Source: Deltaproteobacteria bacterium | GTDB taxonomy: Bacteria > SAR324 > NAC60-12 | DNA length: 16,318 nt | Direction of reading: 5' to 3' | Assembly: GCA_038150265.1 (NCBI GenBank) | Contig: JAYOTF010000049.1 | Span: 362 to 16,679 of the forward strand | Shown here: positions 1 to 8,493 of the stretch, in pieces | Position numbering within the stretch: the stretch's first letter is position 1 | How the letters are laid out: every line of letters starts with the position of its first letter | Position numbers and translations under genes: made by a program | The notes under the pieces: model-generated | Seen by the model: only the letters and a program-made list of their open reading frames with translations | Database searches by the model: none | What the model was told of the DNA's origin: nothing

Positions 1-2
1 AG

Positions 3-452
3 CTGTTCACCAATTTTCCGCCGCCCTTGGAAGTTTACCAGCAGCTGGATCAGCTGTTCAGCCACTCCGGACAAAAACCGCTGTCGCAGGTTGTTTTTCC
101 GCCTCCGGCCTTCAGCAAAGACACCCAAGCGGCTCAGGAAGCGCAGCTTCAGCTCACGCAGCACGCCCAACCGGGCATCGGAGGCGTCAGCGCCGGGTTG
201 TTCAAGATCCTCACCCAAGCGGGTTTCCAGCCAGACTTCACTGCCGGACACAGCTTCGGCGAATTGACCGCCCTTTGGGCTGCCGGAGTGCTGTCGGAAG
301 CCGACTACACCAAGCTGGCCTTTGCCCGTGGACAGGCCATGAAGGCTCCGGAAGACCCGAACTTTGAAGCAGGCACCATGATGGCCGTCATGGGGAAGCT
401 GGACCAGCTCGAAGACGACCTCAAGGATCCCCCCAAACATGACTCAAAATAA
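3..452 (+). pseudogene. Fragment of a type I PKS / PfaA-like PUFA synthase malonyl-CoA:ACP transacylase (AT) domain. Open at the window start and truncated at about 430.
   Basis: Frame 3 is open from position 3 (LFTNFPPPLEVYQ...). It has AT motifs LSQVVFPPPAF, LTQHAQPGI, catalytic AGHSFGELTAL, ARGQAM and GTMMAV. The frame then ends before the expected ANxNS..Q.V motif. Confidence 0.7.
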
Positions 453-972
453 TGAGGAATCAGTGACCAATGAAACGGAGTCTCCTCCGGCAGAACAGGA
501 AAAGCTCAGTAATGCCAAATTTCATCAACTGCTGACGCAGCTGCCCTTTCAGATCTTTCTGATGGTGGCCAGCGCAGACGGAAAGATTGATGCAGATGAA
601 TTCCTGGAGTTCACCCGAGCCCTGGAGGATCGCTCCAACTTCCGCAGCCCCTACCTCAAGGGGGTGATTCGTGAGACGGTGGCCAGCCTTCCCGACCTGC
701 GGGTGCGGTTTGAGCAGAAGAAGATCACGAAGGATCCGGACAGCGTCCGCCTGGTGTTTCAGTCGCTGTTCCGGCGCCTTGAAGTGGCAGAGGTGAAGAC
801 CTTTGCCGAAGACCTCATTCGCTTGGGGCAGATCATCGGGAATGCTTCTGGCGGGGGCATGCTGGGCATGAAAAAAGCCCTGTCCGAGGAAGAGGAGGCC
901 GCGATCAACGAGTTCATTTCGCTGGTCAAGGAGAGCGCCAAGGAGTCCAACAACTTCAGTCTGGACGAGTGA
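439..972 (+). CDS. TerB-like (tellurite resistance family) helical protein
   Basis: 177 aa ORF with the TerB-type motif MVASADGKIDADE and a second motif ASGG...LSEEEEAAI near the C-terminus. Confidence 0.6.
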   Translation: MTQNNEESVTNETESPPAEQEKLSNAKFHQLLTQLPFQIFLMVASADGKIDADEFLEFTRALEDRSNFRSPYLKGVIRETVASLPDLRVRFEQKKITKDPDSVRLVFQSLFRRLEVAEVKTFAEDLIRLGQIIGNASGGGMLGMKKALSEEEEAAINEFISLVKESAKESNNFSLDE

Positions 973-980
973 TTCCGGGG

Positions 981-1007
981 CAGAGGCTTCCGTTCCGGAG
1001 GCCTCTG
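981..1007. terminator. GC-rich hairpin between the convergent TerB-like gene and fliI
   Basis: CAGAGGCTTCCG-TTC-CGGAGGCCTCTG: 12 bp stem with one G-T pair, abutting the fliI stop. No clear U tract. Confidence 0.55.
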
Positions 1008-2348
1008 TTACATCCGGTCGCCAAACATGTGCTGCATGCGGGCCTCGCATTCGGCAAGGGAGGTTTGCTCCTCCATGTCCTGGTTGAGGAAGTCCATGAT
1101 CATGGAGTGCTTGGAGAGGGAGTAGTCGATCTCCGGGTTGCTTCCCTGCACGTAGGCTCCGATGTTGATCAGGTCTTCGGCCTCTCGGTAGGTCGCCAGG
1201 GTCCGGCGGAAGATCTGCGAGAGCTGCCGGAAGTTCCGAGACACCACATCGACCATCACCCGGCTTGAGGAGACCAGCAGGTCAATGGCCGGGTAGATGC
1301 CCTTTGCCGCCAGGTCGCGGCTCAAGACAATGTGCCCATCCACAATGGAGCGAACGGCGTCCCCGATCGGGTCGTTGGTGTCGTCTCCTTCCACCAGCAC
1401 CGTGTAGAATCCCGTGATGGAGCCCGGACCTTCGTGGGTCCCAGCGCGCTCCAGCAGGCTGGGAAGCAGCGCAAACACGGAAGGCGGATAGCCCTTGGTC
1501 GTGGGGGGCTCTCCGGCTGCCAGCCCAATCTCGCGCTGAGCCATGGCAAAACGCGTGAGCGAGTCCATGGAGAGCAACACATCCAGCCCCTCTCCCCGGA
1601 AGTACTCGGCAATCGCTGTGGCCACATACGCGCCACGCATCCGCAGCAGCGGGGGCTGATCTGACGTGGCAACCACGACGACGGAGCGGCGCAGGCCGTC
1701 TTCGCCAAGGTTGTCTTCAATGAATTCCCGGACCTCCTTGCCCCGTTCGCCAATGAGGGAGATGACGTTGACGTCGGCATCGGTGTAGCGGGCCATCATG
1801 CCGAGCAGCACCGACTTGCCCACTCCGGAGCCGGCCATGATGCCCACGCGCTGCCCGCGTCCGCAGGTGAGGGTGGAGTTGATGGCCCGGATGCCCACGT
1901 CCAGCGGACTCTTGATGCGCTCCCGCTTGAGGGGGTTGATCACCTGCGGGTACAGGGGCATCTCATGGTTGGTGACCAGCTCACCGAGGTCATCAATCGG
2001 ACGCATCAGGGGGTCAAACACCCGTCCCAGCATTTGCTCACCGACCGGAACCATCGCCGGACGCTCCTCCGCAACGACCCGGCAGTGGGGGCCAATGCCC
2101 TGGGCGTGGCTCAGGGGCATGACGAGAATGCGTTCGTTGCGCAGGCCAACGACCTCGGCCGGGGTCGCCTGATTGGTGCGAGGGTTGAGGATGCGGCACA
2201 AGGTGCCAACGGAACAGCCGGGGTTGGTGGACTCGACCATGTGGCCGATCACCTGAGTGACGCGTCCTTCCTTGCGGAGGGTGGGGCTGTTGACAACGGC
2301 GTCGTGGTAGTCTTGCAGAGCAGAGTAAATCGGGAGGCCGTGGCTCAT
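1008..2348 (-). CDS. fliI: Flagellar export ATPase FliI
   Basis: Walker A GSGVGKS, LIGERGKEVREF, ATSDQPPLLR, MDSLTRFAMAQREIGLAAGEPPTTKGYPPS, SIVDGHIVLSRDLA, GAYVQGSNPEID. The start overlaps the fliH stop (ATGA). Confidence 0.96.
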   Translation of the reverse strand: MSHGLPIYSALQDYHDAVVNSPTLRKEGRVTQVIGHMVESTNPGCSVGTLCRILNPRTNQATPAEVVGLRNERILVMPLSHAQGIGPHCRVVAEERPAMVPVGEQMLGRVFDPLMRPIDDLGELVTNHEMPLYPQVINPLKRERIKSPLDVGIRAINSTLTCGRGQRVGIMAGSGVGKSVLLGMMARYTDADVNVISLIGERGKEVREFIEDNLGEDGLRRSVVVVATSDQPPLLRMRGAYVATAIAEYFRGEGLDVLLSMDSLTRFAMAQREIGLAAGEPPTTKGYPPSVFALLPSLLERAGTHEGPGSITGFYTVLVEGDDTNDPIGDAVRSIVDGHIVLSRDLAAKGIYPAIDLLVSSSRVMVDVVSRNFRQLSQIFRRTLATYREAEDLINIGAYVQGSNPEIDYSLSKHSMIMDFLNQDMEEQTSLAECEARMQHMFGDRM

Positions 2349-3391
2349 GCCGGCTCCTCGGTGCCTTCAGCAGGCGCGGCCTCGGGAGCTGAAGCAACAG
2401 GGGGCCCAAAATCGTAGGCGTCCATGTCCACGTCATTCATCCGGGCGTAGCGCTCCAGCAGCTTTTGACTGAGCAGGTTCTCCAGCTCTTCAAACTGGTG
2501 CTGGAAGGAGTGGTTGACCACTTCTTCATCCGACTCAATGGAGACTGCTCCGGGCTGGATGTCCGGGGAGGCCTTGAGCGTGAGGGCCTGCTCCTCGTCG
2601 AGGAACCGCTCCAGGTCCGCGCCGCTTTTTTGCAGGTAATCGTAGCAGTCCGGATGCAGGTACACGATGATCTTCCCCTTTGAGTGAAGCTCCTTGAGGG
2701 CCGCTTGGGTGATGCCGATGATGACATCCGGATTGACCTGCAGCTCTTCAATGACCACCTTCTTGGCAATCACGACAGAGAGCTGAACCAACTCCTGCTC
2801 GGCCTGAAAGCGGACCAGGTGCCGAAGGCCCCGGAGCTGCTCCAGAACCTGCTCGGACTGCTCGGCAATGGGGGCAGATTCCTGATAGCGCTGCTCCATG
2901 CCGTCCAGGCGCCCTTGCTCAAATCCTTCTCCATAAGCCTGGTCCTTGATGGCCTGAACCTCGGCTTCTGCCTCACGGAGCATCCGGACCCGTTCCTCTT
3001 CCGCCTGCACCCGCAACTGTTCCGCTTCCTGACGAAGCCGCCGGGCTTTCTGGTTTTCCGCCTCTGCCTGCGCAACCAGTTGCTGGCGATACAGCTCTGC
3101 GCCTTCCCGGACCGTGGCGGCGTAACTTTCGGCGTTGGTCAGCAGGCTGTCTTCACGGGTGAAGCTTTCGTTGGAAAAGGTCGTGGAAAGCGCCACCTTC
3201 TGGTCGTCGGTCAGCTGCTGTTCCTGGGGGATCAGCGACTCCGGATCCAGCTCGTGGGAGGTCAGATCAAGGGGGCTGAAGTCGTTGGCGTGCGGAGCGG
3301 TGCCCGGCGCCTCGGCTTCCCGGGCCTCGGCTTCGGCAGACAGGTCGGTGAAGTCCCGGAGGTGGAATGGCTCAAATGCGTCGCCCGGCAT
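2345..3391 (-). CDS. fliH: Flagellar assembly protein FliH (start at ATG 3391 preferred; GTG 3436 possible)
   Basis: Coiled coil followed by AYGEGFEQGRLDG (GxxxG repeats), IAKKVVIEEL, VYLHPD and DIQPGAVSIES. Lies immediately upstream of fliI. Confidence 0.88.
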   Translation of the reverse strand: MPGDAFEPFHLRDFTDLSAEAEAREAEAPGTAPHANDFSPLDLTSHELDPESLIPQEQQLTDDQKVALSTTFSNESFTREDSLLTNAESYAATVREGAELYRQQLVAQAEAENQKARRLRQEAEQLRVQAEEERVRMLREAEAEVQAIKDQAYGEGFEQGRLDGMEQRYQESAPIAEQSEQVLEQLRGLRHLVRFQAEQELVQLSVVIAKKVVIEELQVNPDVIIGITQAALKELHSKGKIIVYLHPDCYDYLQKSGADLERFLDEEQALTLKASPDIQPGAVSIESDEEVVNHSFQHQFEELENLLSQKLLERYARMNDVDMDAYDFGPPVASAPEAAPAEGTEEPA

Positions 3392-3427
3392 GAGGAAAGA
3401 TGGGGGAAGGCGTTCAGGAAAGCGACA

Positions 3428-3455
3428 GGAGCCCACCGGCGGTTCCGGAGGCTCC
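3428..3455. other. Intergenic hairpin between fliF and fliH
   Basis: GGAGCC-CA-CCGG-CGGTT-CCGG-A-GGCTCC imperfect inverted repeat. Confidence 0.45.
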
Positions 3456-3466
3456 TACCGAGGGTC

Positions 3467-5077
3467 TTACTTTTCGCGGAGCCAGGTGCGGACCAGCGAA
3501 GCGGTCTTGAGGGCGTCCTGCTTGGCGATCTCGATGATCTTGTCGCGTGGTGGAATGCCGGATTCGCGTTCGGTCGGAATCTCGAGTTCCTCGCCTTCCA
3601 GCTCGCCAATGGTGGCAGGCAGGCCCATGAGGAGGTCGAGGTCGGCAGGCTTGGCGCTGAGGCGCTGCACCATCGGCCGGATGACCAGCATGATGAGGGC
3701 CATGACGGCGATGCCGAGGGCCACGTAGCGGACGATGTCGAGGATGAACTGGTTCCGGACCCGGGTCCGCTCGATTTCGGCGGCCTTGTCTTCTTCCACC
3801 GCTTTTCCGAACGGCATGTTGCCCACAAAGACTTCGTCGCCACGAGACTCGTTGAAGCCAATGGCTGCACGGACCAGGCTGACGATGATTTCTTTCTCGG
3901 CTTCCGTCCACTTGATGTTGTCACGGCCGATGAAGTTGCCGTTTTCATCCAGAATCTGCGGGCGCTTGTTGTCCAGCAGCACCGAGACACTCAGGCGCAG
4001 CACTTCGCCAATGGCGGCTTCCTTGAGGACCTCACGTCGGCTGGTTTCAAAGTTCCGGGTGGAGTTCTTCTTGGTGAATTCCGAAACCGTCGCGGCTTCT
4101 CGGCCTGTGGCTTCCGGCAGGTTGGTGGTGACACCTGCGGGTCCAACGGGAACGGAGCGGGAGCCCGTGGAGGCTTCATCGACCAACTGCTCACTGACAA
4201 CACTGGTCTGGTCCGGATCGATCAGCTGCTCCTTGATCGTCTCCTTGTCAAACCGCATGGAGGCCGAGACGATGACCTTGACGCGTCCGTCTCCAACGAT
4301 TTCTTCCAGCTGGTTCCGGATCTTCAGTTCCAGCTCCTGCTCAAAGCGGCGCTTGTAGGCGTAGTTGTCGCCAATGTTGCCGCCCATGCTTTCGTCGGTG
4401 ATGCCGCGGCTCAGCAGCTGTCCCGTCTGGTCGGTGACGCGGACGCTCTTGATGTCCATGCCTTCAACAGCTCCAGCAACCAAGTGCACAATCGTTTCCA
4501 CCTGATTCCGGGAGATGCTGCCGCTGTTCAGGTTCAGGGCCACTGCGGCAGTGGGCTGTTCCTGAGCATTAGAGAAGAGGCTCTTCTGCGGGATGGCGAG
4601 GGAGACCTTCGCGTTGCGGACCATGTCGAGCTGGCTGATCAAGCGGGCCAGTTCGCCTTCCTGGGCCACCCGAAACTTCACCTGCTGCTGGAACTCCGTC
4701 TCTCCCAGGCTGGGAGCGGCAAAGAGGTCCATGAAGCCCACGCCACTTCCAGGCAGAACCTTTTGCTGGGCCAGGGTCAGGCGAGCCTGGTCGACCATCT
4801 GCGGGTCCACCATGATGGTGCCGCCTCCGGGGGCAAGCAGGTACGGAATCTGGCTTTCCTGGAGCTTGGTGACGATTTTTGCCGCGTCCGCTGGATCCAG
4901 ATTGGAGTAAAGAGGAGCCCAGGTGGGTCGATTAGCCACCACAATCAGGCTGACCATGCCGATCAAAATGACGGCGAGGGCGCCGAGGATGGTGATTCGC
5001 TTGCCGAGACTGAGCGACCCAAAGAAGTCCTGAAACTGTAGCCGGACGTCTTGGATGAGGTTGGCTTGGTCGGCCAT
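3467..5077 (-). CDS. fliF: Flagellar MS-ring protein FliF (start MADQANL at 5077 preferred; ORF extends to 5116)
   Basis: N-terminal TM helix, LYSNLDPADAAKIV, GETEFQQQV..AQEGELARLI, IVHLVAGAVEG, VTDQTGQLL, GVTTNLP, RLSVSVLLD, AAIGFNESRGD, second TM helix and C-terminal ASLVRTWL. Confidence 0.95.
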   Translation of the reverse strand: MADQANLIQDVRLQFQDFFGSLSLGKRITILGALAVILIGMVSLIVVANRPTWAPLYSNLDPADAAKIVTKLQESQIPYLLAPGGGTIMVDPQMVDQARLTLAQQKVLPGSGVGFMDLFAAPSLGETEFQQQVKFRVAQEGELARLISQLDMVRNAKVSLAIPQKSLFSNAQEQPTAAVALNLNSGSISRNQVETIVHLVAGAVEGMDIKSVRVTDQTGQLLSRGITDESMGGNIGDNYAYKRRFEQELELKIRNQLEEIVGDGRVKVIVSASMRFDKETIKEQLIDPDQTSVVSEQLVDEASTGSRSVPVGPAGVTTNLPEATGREAATVSEFTKKNSTRNFETSRREVLKEAAIGEVLRLSVSVLLDNKRPQILDENGNFIGRDNIKWTEAEKEIIVSLVRAAIGFNESRGDEVFVGNMPFGKAVEEDKAAEIERTRVRNQFILDIVRYVALGIAVMALIMLVIRPMVQRLSAKPADLDLLMGLPATIGELEGEELEIPTERESGIPPRDKIIEIAKQDALKTASLVRTWLREK

Positions 5078-5245
5078 GGTTAATGAGCTTGGGTGTGAAC
5101 GAGTTGGGGCATCCATTCCCGGTTCCGCCTCTCAGCGGCCTCAAGGAAATCCTGCTTTCCGGTGCGACGCAACAAAATTGAATAACACAAACGAACTTGC
5201 CTGAAAAGGCGGAATTTCAAATGACCTTTTCTCCAAGCGACATCA

Positions 5246-5261
5246 AGCAAGAACGGTTCCA
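5246..5261 (-). promoter_or_regulatory. Sigma54 (RpoN) -24/-12 promoter for fliF-fliH-fliI
   Basis: Minus strand reads TGGAAC-CGTTC-TTGCT versus consensus TGGCAC-N5-TTGCW. GG and GC are correctly spaced, about 170 nt upstream of the fliF ATG. Confidence 0.72.
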
Positions 5262-5346
5262 CAACCTCCAAACCGGGAGCACACGACCCAATTTCTTCTG
5301 GGGGAACCGGCTCCCTGTGCGGAGGAGCCAGTTGTAGGCAGAGGGA

Positions 5347-5382
5347 GGCTCCGGAACCGCTGGGGGGAGCGGGTTCGGAGCC
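5347..5382 (-). terminator. Hairpin just downstream of the substrate-binding protein stop
   Basis: Plus strand GGCTCCGGAACCGCT-G6-AGCGGGTTCGGAGCC, a long imperfect stem about 10 nt after the TAA. No strong U tract. Confidence 0.55.
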
Positions 5383-5391
5383 GAGGGTTCC

Positions 5392-6582
5392 TTAGCGGAC
5401 CCGAACCGTGGTGAAGGCCTTGTTCTGAACTTCCAGCTCCTTGTAGGCACCAGAGGCTTCACCCACCGAGGTGAATTCGACATCGGTGGCCCCGACGTAG
5501 TCGATGTCGCCGCCGTTTGCCAGAATCTTCAGCGCCTTGCTCAATTCGCCAGCACCGATCTTTTCACCCGGAGCGTTGGCGACCTCCATGACCTTGCCCG
5601 CAAGCGCAGCCCGGTCGGCGGAACCTGCAGCCTGCATGGCCAGCACCATCAGCGCTGCCGCGTCATAGGACTCCCCGCGGTACGGACCATTGGGGTCCAG
5701 GCCGTTGGCTTGAGCGAAGTCGGCAAACCTGGCGGCACTCGGAGAATCCGAGCCCGGGAGGGTTCCGAAGGATCCGGTCAGGTCGCCGTCCAGGTTCTGG
5801 AGCAAGGACTCACCGACCATGCCGTCTCCGAAGATGAACTGGTCGAAGGCACCGGCATCAATGGATGCCTGGATCATGCGAATTCCACCCTGATCCACGT
5901 AGCCGAACACGGCGAGGACGTCGCCTCCGGAAGCCGAGAGAGACGCGACTTCGGCCGAGTAGTCCGCCTTGCCGTCTTCATGCGGCACGCTGGCCGTGAT
6001 GGTTCCTCCGAGTGCCTCGAAGGCGCTGCTGAAGGAGTTGGCCAGGCCCTTGCCGTAGTCGTTGTTGGTGTAGGTCACGGCGACGTTCTTGACGCCCCGC
6101 TCCATGGTCACCTGAGCCAGCACCTGTCCTTGACGGGCGTCAGAGGGAGCCGTCCGGAAGAAGTAGCCGCGGTCGTCCAGGTCCGTCAGAGCCGGAGAGG
6201 TGGCAGAGGGAGAGATCATGGTCACCCCGTTGGGAACGCCCACGTTGTTGGCCACAGCAATGGTGACCCCGGAGCAGTCGGCTCCCATCAGGCCCACGAC
6301 CTTGTCTGCCGTGACCAAGCGCTCAGCGGCAGCGGTGGCGGCCGCGGCGTCGATGCAGGTGGAGTCGGCCCGGGTCACGTTGATCTTTTGTCCACCCAGG
6401 AAGGCACCAGAGTCAGAAGCCTCCTTGAAGGCCAGCTCTGCCGAGGCGGCCATGCCGGGGGTCAGGGACTCGATGGGGCCGGTGAAGCCGAGGATGATGC
6501 CCATTTGGACGTCAGCAGCAGCCAGGGTGGGAACCAGTGCGGTCGCAAGGATGGCCGCGGAACGAAGCAGTTTTGCTTTCAT
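5392..6582 (-). CDS. ABC transporter substrate-binding protein, branched-chain amino acid (LivJ/LivK-like, type 1 PBP) family
   Basis: Signal peptide MKAKLLRSAAILATALVPTLAAA-D with GGAGAG RBS. Motifs GADCSGVT, ISPSATSPALT, FFRTAPSDARQG, NNDYGKGLA and YDAAAL. Confidence 0.9.
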   Translation of the reverse strand: MKAKLLRSAAILATALVPTLAAADVQMGIILGFTGPIESLTPGMAASAELAFKEASDSGAFLGGQKINVTRADSTCIDAAAATAAAERLVTADKVVGLMGADCSGVTIAVANNVGVPNGVTMISPSATSPALTDLDDRGYFFRTAPSDARQGQVLAQVTMERGVKNVAVTYTNNDYGKGLANSFSSAFEALGGTITASVPHEDGKADYSAEVASLSASGGDVLAVFGYVDQGGIRMIQASIDAGAFDQFIFGDGMVGESLLQNLDGDLTGSFGTLPGSDSPSAARFADFAQANGLDPNGPYRGESYDAAALMVLAMQAAGSADRAALAGKVMEVANAPGEKIGAGELSKALKILANGGDIDYVGATDVEFTSVGEASGAYKELEVQNKAFTTVRVR

Positions 6583-6785
6583 TGCATTCTCTCCAGAGGA
6601 AAAAAGGATCAAGGGCTCGGCGCTTTCTTGATGAGGCCAGGAAAGCAGGGGCCCAGTCAGGGGGGACCGTCCATGAAAACGACGGTCAAGTCTCTCATGA
6701 ATTTCTGTTTTTGAAAAGAACCACAATTCAAAACGTCTGAACTTCAGTGGCCCGGTGAAAGACGGTGGCTTCCGGAAAAGGTGGC

Positions 6786-7661
6786 TCAGTTTGGGGAGCG
6801 CAGTCGGGTGATCAGGCTGGAGGTGTCCCAGCGTCCGTGGCCTTCTGCCTGAAGCTGGGCGTAAAACTGGTCAACGAGCGCGGTAACCGGGAGTTGGGCG
6901 CCGTTGGCTTTGGCCTCCTCAAGGGCGATGCCGAGGTCCTTGCGCATCCAGTCGATGGCAAAGCCATAGTCGAACTTTCCGGTGTTCATGGTGGCGGAGC
7001 GGTTTTCCATCTGCCAGGACTGTGCGGCTCCCTTTGAGATGGTTTCAATGACCGCGTCCACATCGAGTCCGGACGCCTGCGCAAAGTGAATGCCCTCGGA
7101 GAGCCCCTGAAGGAGTCCGGCAATGCAGATCTGGTTGACCATCTTGGTGAGCTGTCCGTATCCGCTGGGACCCAGCAACTGGACCCGCTGGGCGTAGGCC
7201 TGAATGATGGGCTCCGCTTGGGCAAAGGCCTCCGTGTCTCCCCCACACATGACCGTCAGGATGCCCTTTTCCGCTCCAGACTGTCCGCCGGAGATGGGAG
7301 CATCAATGAACTGGAAGCCCCGCTGCTCCGCTTCTGCGGAAAGCTCGCGTGCCACTTGGGCCGAGGCCGTGGTATGATCGACAAAAATGCTGCCGGGGGC
7401 CATGGACGCAAAGGCGCCGTTGGGGCCGAGGGTCACGTCTCGGAGGTCGTTGTCGTTGCCCACACAGGCCATCACCACCCGCTTGCCTGCTGCGGCTTCA
7501 GCCGGTGTGGGCGCCGTGCTTCCGGAGTAGGCGGTTGCCCACTGCTGGGCTTTTGCTGCCGTCCGGTTGTACACTGTCACTTGGTGTCCGGCTTGTGCCA
7601 GATGTCCGGCCATGGGGTATCCCATGACGCCTAACCCGAGGAACGCCACCGCTTCCGACAT
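6786..7661 (-). CDS. NAD(P)-dependent beta-hydroxyacid dehydrogenase (3-hydroxyisobutyrate dehydrogenase / tartronate semialdehyde reductase family)
   Basis: AFLGLGVMGYPMAGHL, VYNRT, FIDAPISGG, GQLTKMVNQ (catalytic Lys) and MRKDLGIAL. GGAG RBS before ATG 7661. Confidence 0.92.
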   Translation of the reverse strand: MSEAVAFLGLGVMGYPMAGHLAQAGHQVTVYNRTAAKAQQWATAYSGSTAPTPAEAAAGKRVVMACVGNDNDLRDVTLGPNGAFASMAPGSIFVDHTTASAQVARELSAEAEQRGFQFIDAPISGGQSGAEKGILTVMCGGDTEAFAQAEPIIQAYAQRVQLLGPSGYGQLTKMVNQICIAGLLQGLSEGIHFAQASGLDVDAVIETISKGAAQSWQMENRSATMNTGKFDYGFAIDWMRKDLGIALEEAKANGAQLPVTALVDQFYAQLQAEGHGRWDTSSLITRLRSPN

Positions 7662-7805
7662 GCTTGCTCCTGTGATGAAGATGAAGGTCAAGAAAACGAA
7701 TCGAACCCAGCATTCTATGAATCCTGTTGAAGAGACTCAAGCTTCATCCGTATTTCGGCAATTCGGAGCGGTCCGTTGCGGGCGGTGGGAGCAAGGGGAG
7801 GGCGC

Positions 7806-8492
7806 ATGAGCCCCTCGGTTCTCGCGGATGTCATCATTGCCGGCGCCGGAGGAGGTTCCCGGATGCAGGCCGGGCGCAACAAGCTGCTGCTGCCTCTGGG
7901 AGCCTCAACGGTGCTGGAACAGACGGTGGCAACCTTCCACGCCCACCCCCGGATTGCGCGCATTCTGGTGACGGCCTCAGAGGTGGACTGGAGCGACTTT
8001 GAGCAGCGGCTGGCGCGGTTTGCCGTGACGCTGGTGCCAGGAGGCGCCCGCCGGCAGGACTCGGTGCATGAGGGGTTGGCGGTGCTGGCGCAGGCTCCGG
8101 AGGCGTCCCCCCTGGTGCTGGTGCAGGATGGCGCCCGTCCCTTCACTTCGGCAGCACTGATTTCCCGGGTGCTGGACGCTCTGGAAACGCAGGATGCCGT
8201 GATTCCGGTGGTGCCGCTGGTGGATACGATTCGGCGGATCAACGCCTCCGGAACCCGTGTGGAAGACCGGGCGGAGCTGTTTGCGGTCCAGACTCCCCAG
8301 GGCGCCCGCCGGGCGCTGCTGTGGCAGGCGTCTCAGCAGGCGCAGGTCGAAGCCTGGGAGGTGACCGATGATGCGTCGCTGATGGAGCGCGCCGGCTGGA
8401 AGGTGGAGAGCGTTCCGGGAGAGCGAGAGAACCTGAAGCTGACTCTTCCGGAAGACTACACCTTTGCCCAGTGGCGGGTGCAGCAGGCCTGA
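7806..8492 (+). CDS. ispD: 2-C-methyl-D-erythritol 4-phosphate cytidylyltransferase
   Basis: AGGGSRM...NKLLL, GGARRQDSV, VLVQDGARPF, DTIR, QTPQG, TDDASL and NLKLT. GGAGGG RBS before ATG 7806. Confidence 0.9.
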   Translation: MSPSVLADVIIAGAGGGSRMQAGRNKLLLPLGASTVLEQTVATFHAHPRIARILVTASEVDWSDFEQRLARFAVTLVPGGARRQDSVHEGLAVLAQAPEASPLVLVQDGARPFTSAALISRVLDALETQDAVIPVVPLVDTIRRINASGTRVEDRAELFAVQTPQGARRALLWQASQQAQVEAWEVTDDASLMERAGWKVESVPGERENLKLTLPEDYTFAQWRVQQA

Positions 8493-8493
8493 G

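Noticed and set aside
3437..3469. Possible fliF-fliH readthrough fusion, since both are in the same frame
   Set aside because: Two in-frame stops (TAA, then TAG) separate them.
2684..5041. 785 aa plus-strand ORF
   Set aside because: Antisense shadow of fliF and fliH, which share a frame. No recognisable motifs, and typical of high-GC codon bias.
5078..5240. c-di-GMP riboswitch in the fliF leader
   Set aside because: The GAAA-loop hairpin is on the wrong strand and the conserved GGCAAA...GACGCAAA arrangement is not present on the transcribed strand.
6583..6700. Glycine riboswitch ahead of the substrate-binding protein
   Set aside because: CTCTGGAGAG is simply the RBS region, and the CCGAAG and CTCTCAGG elements are missing.
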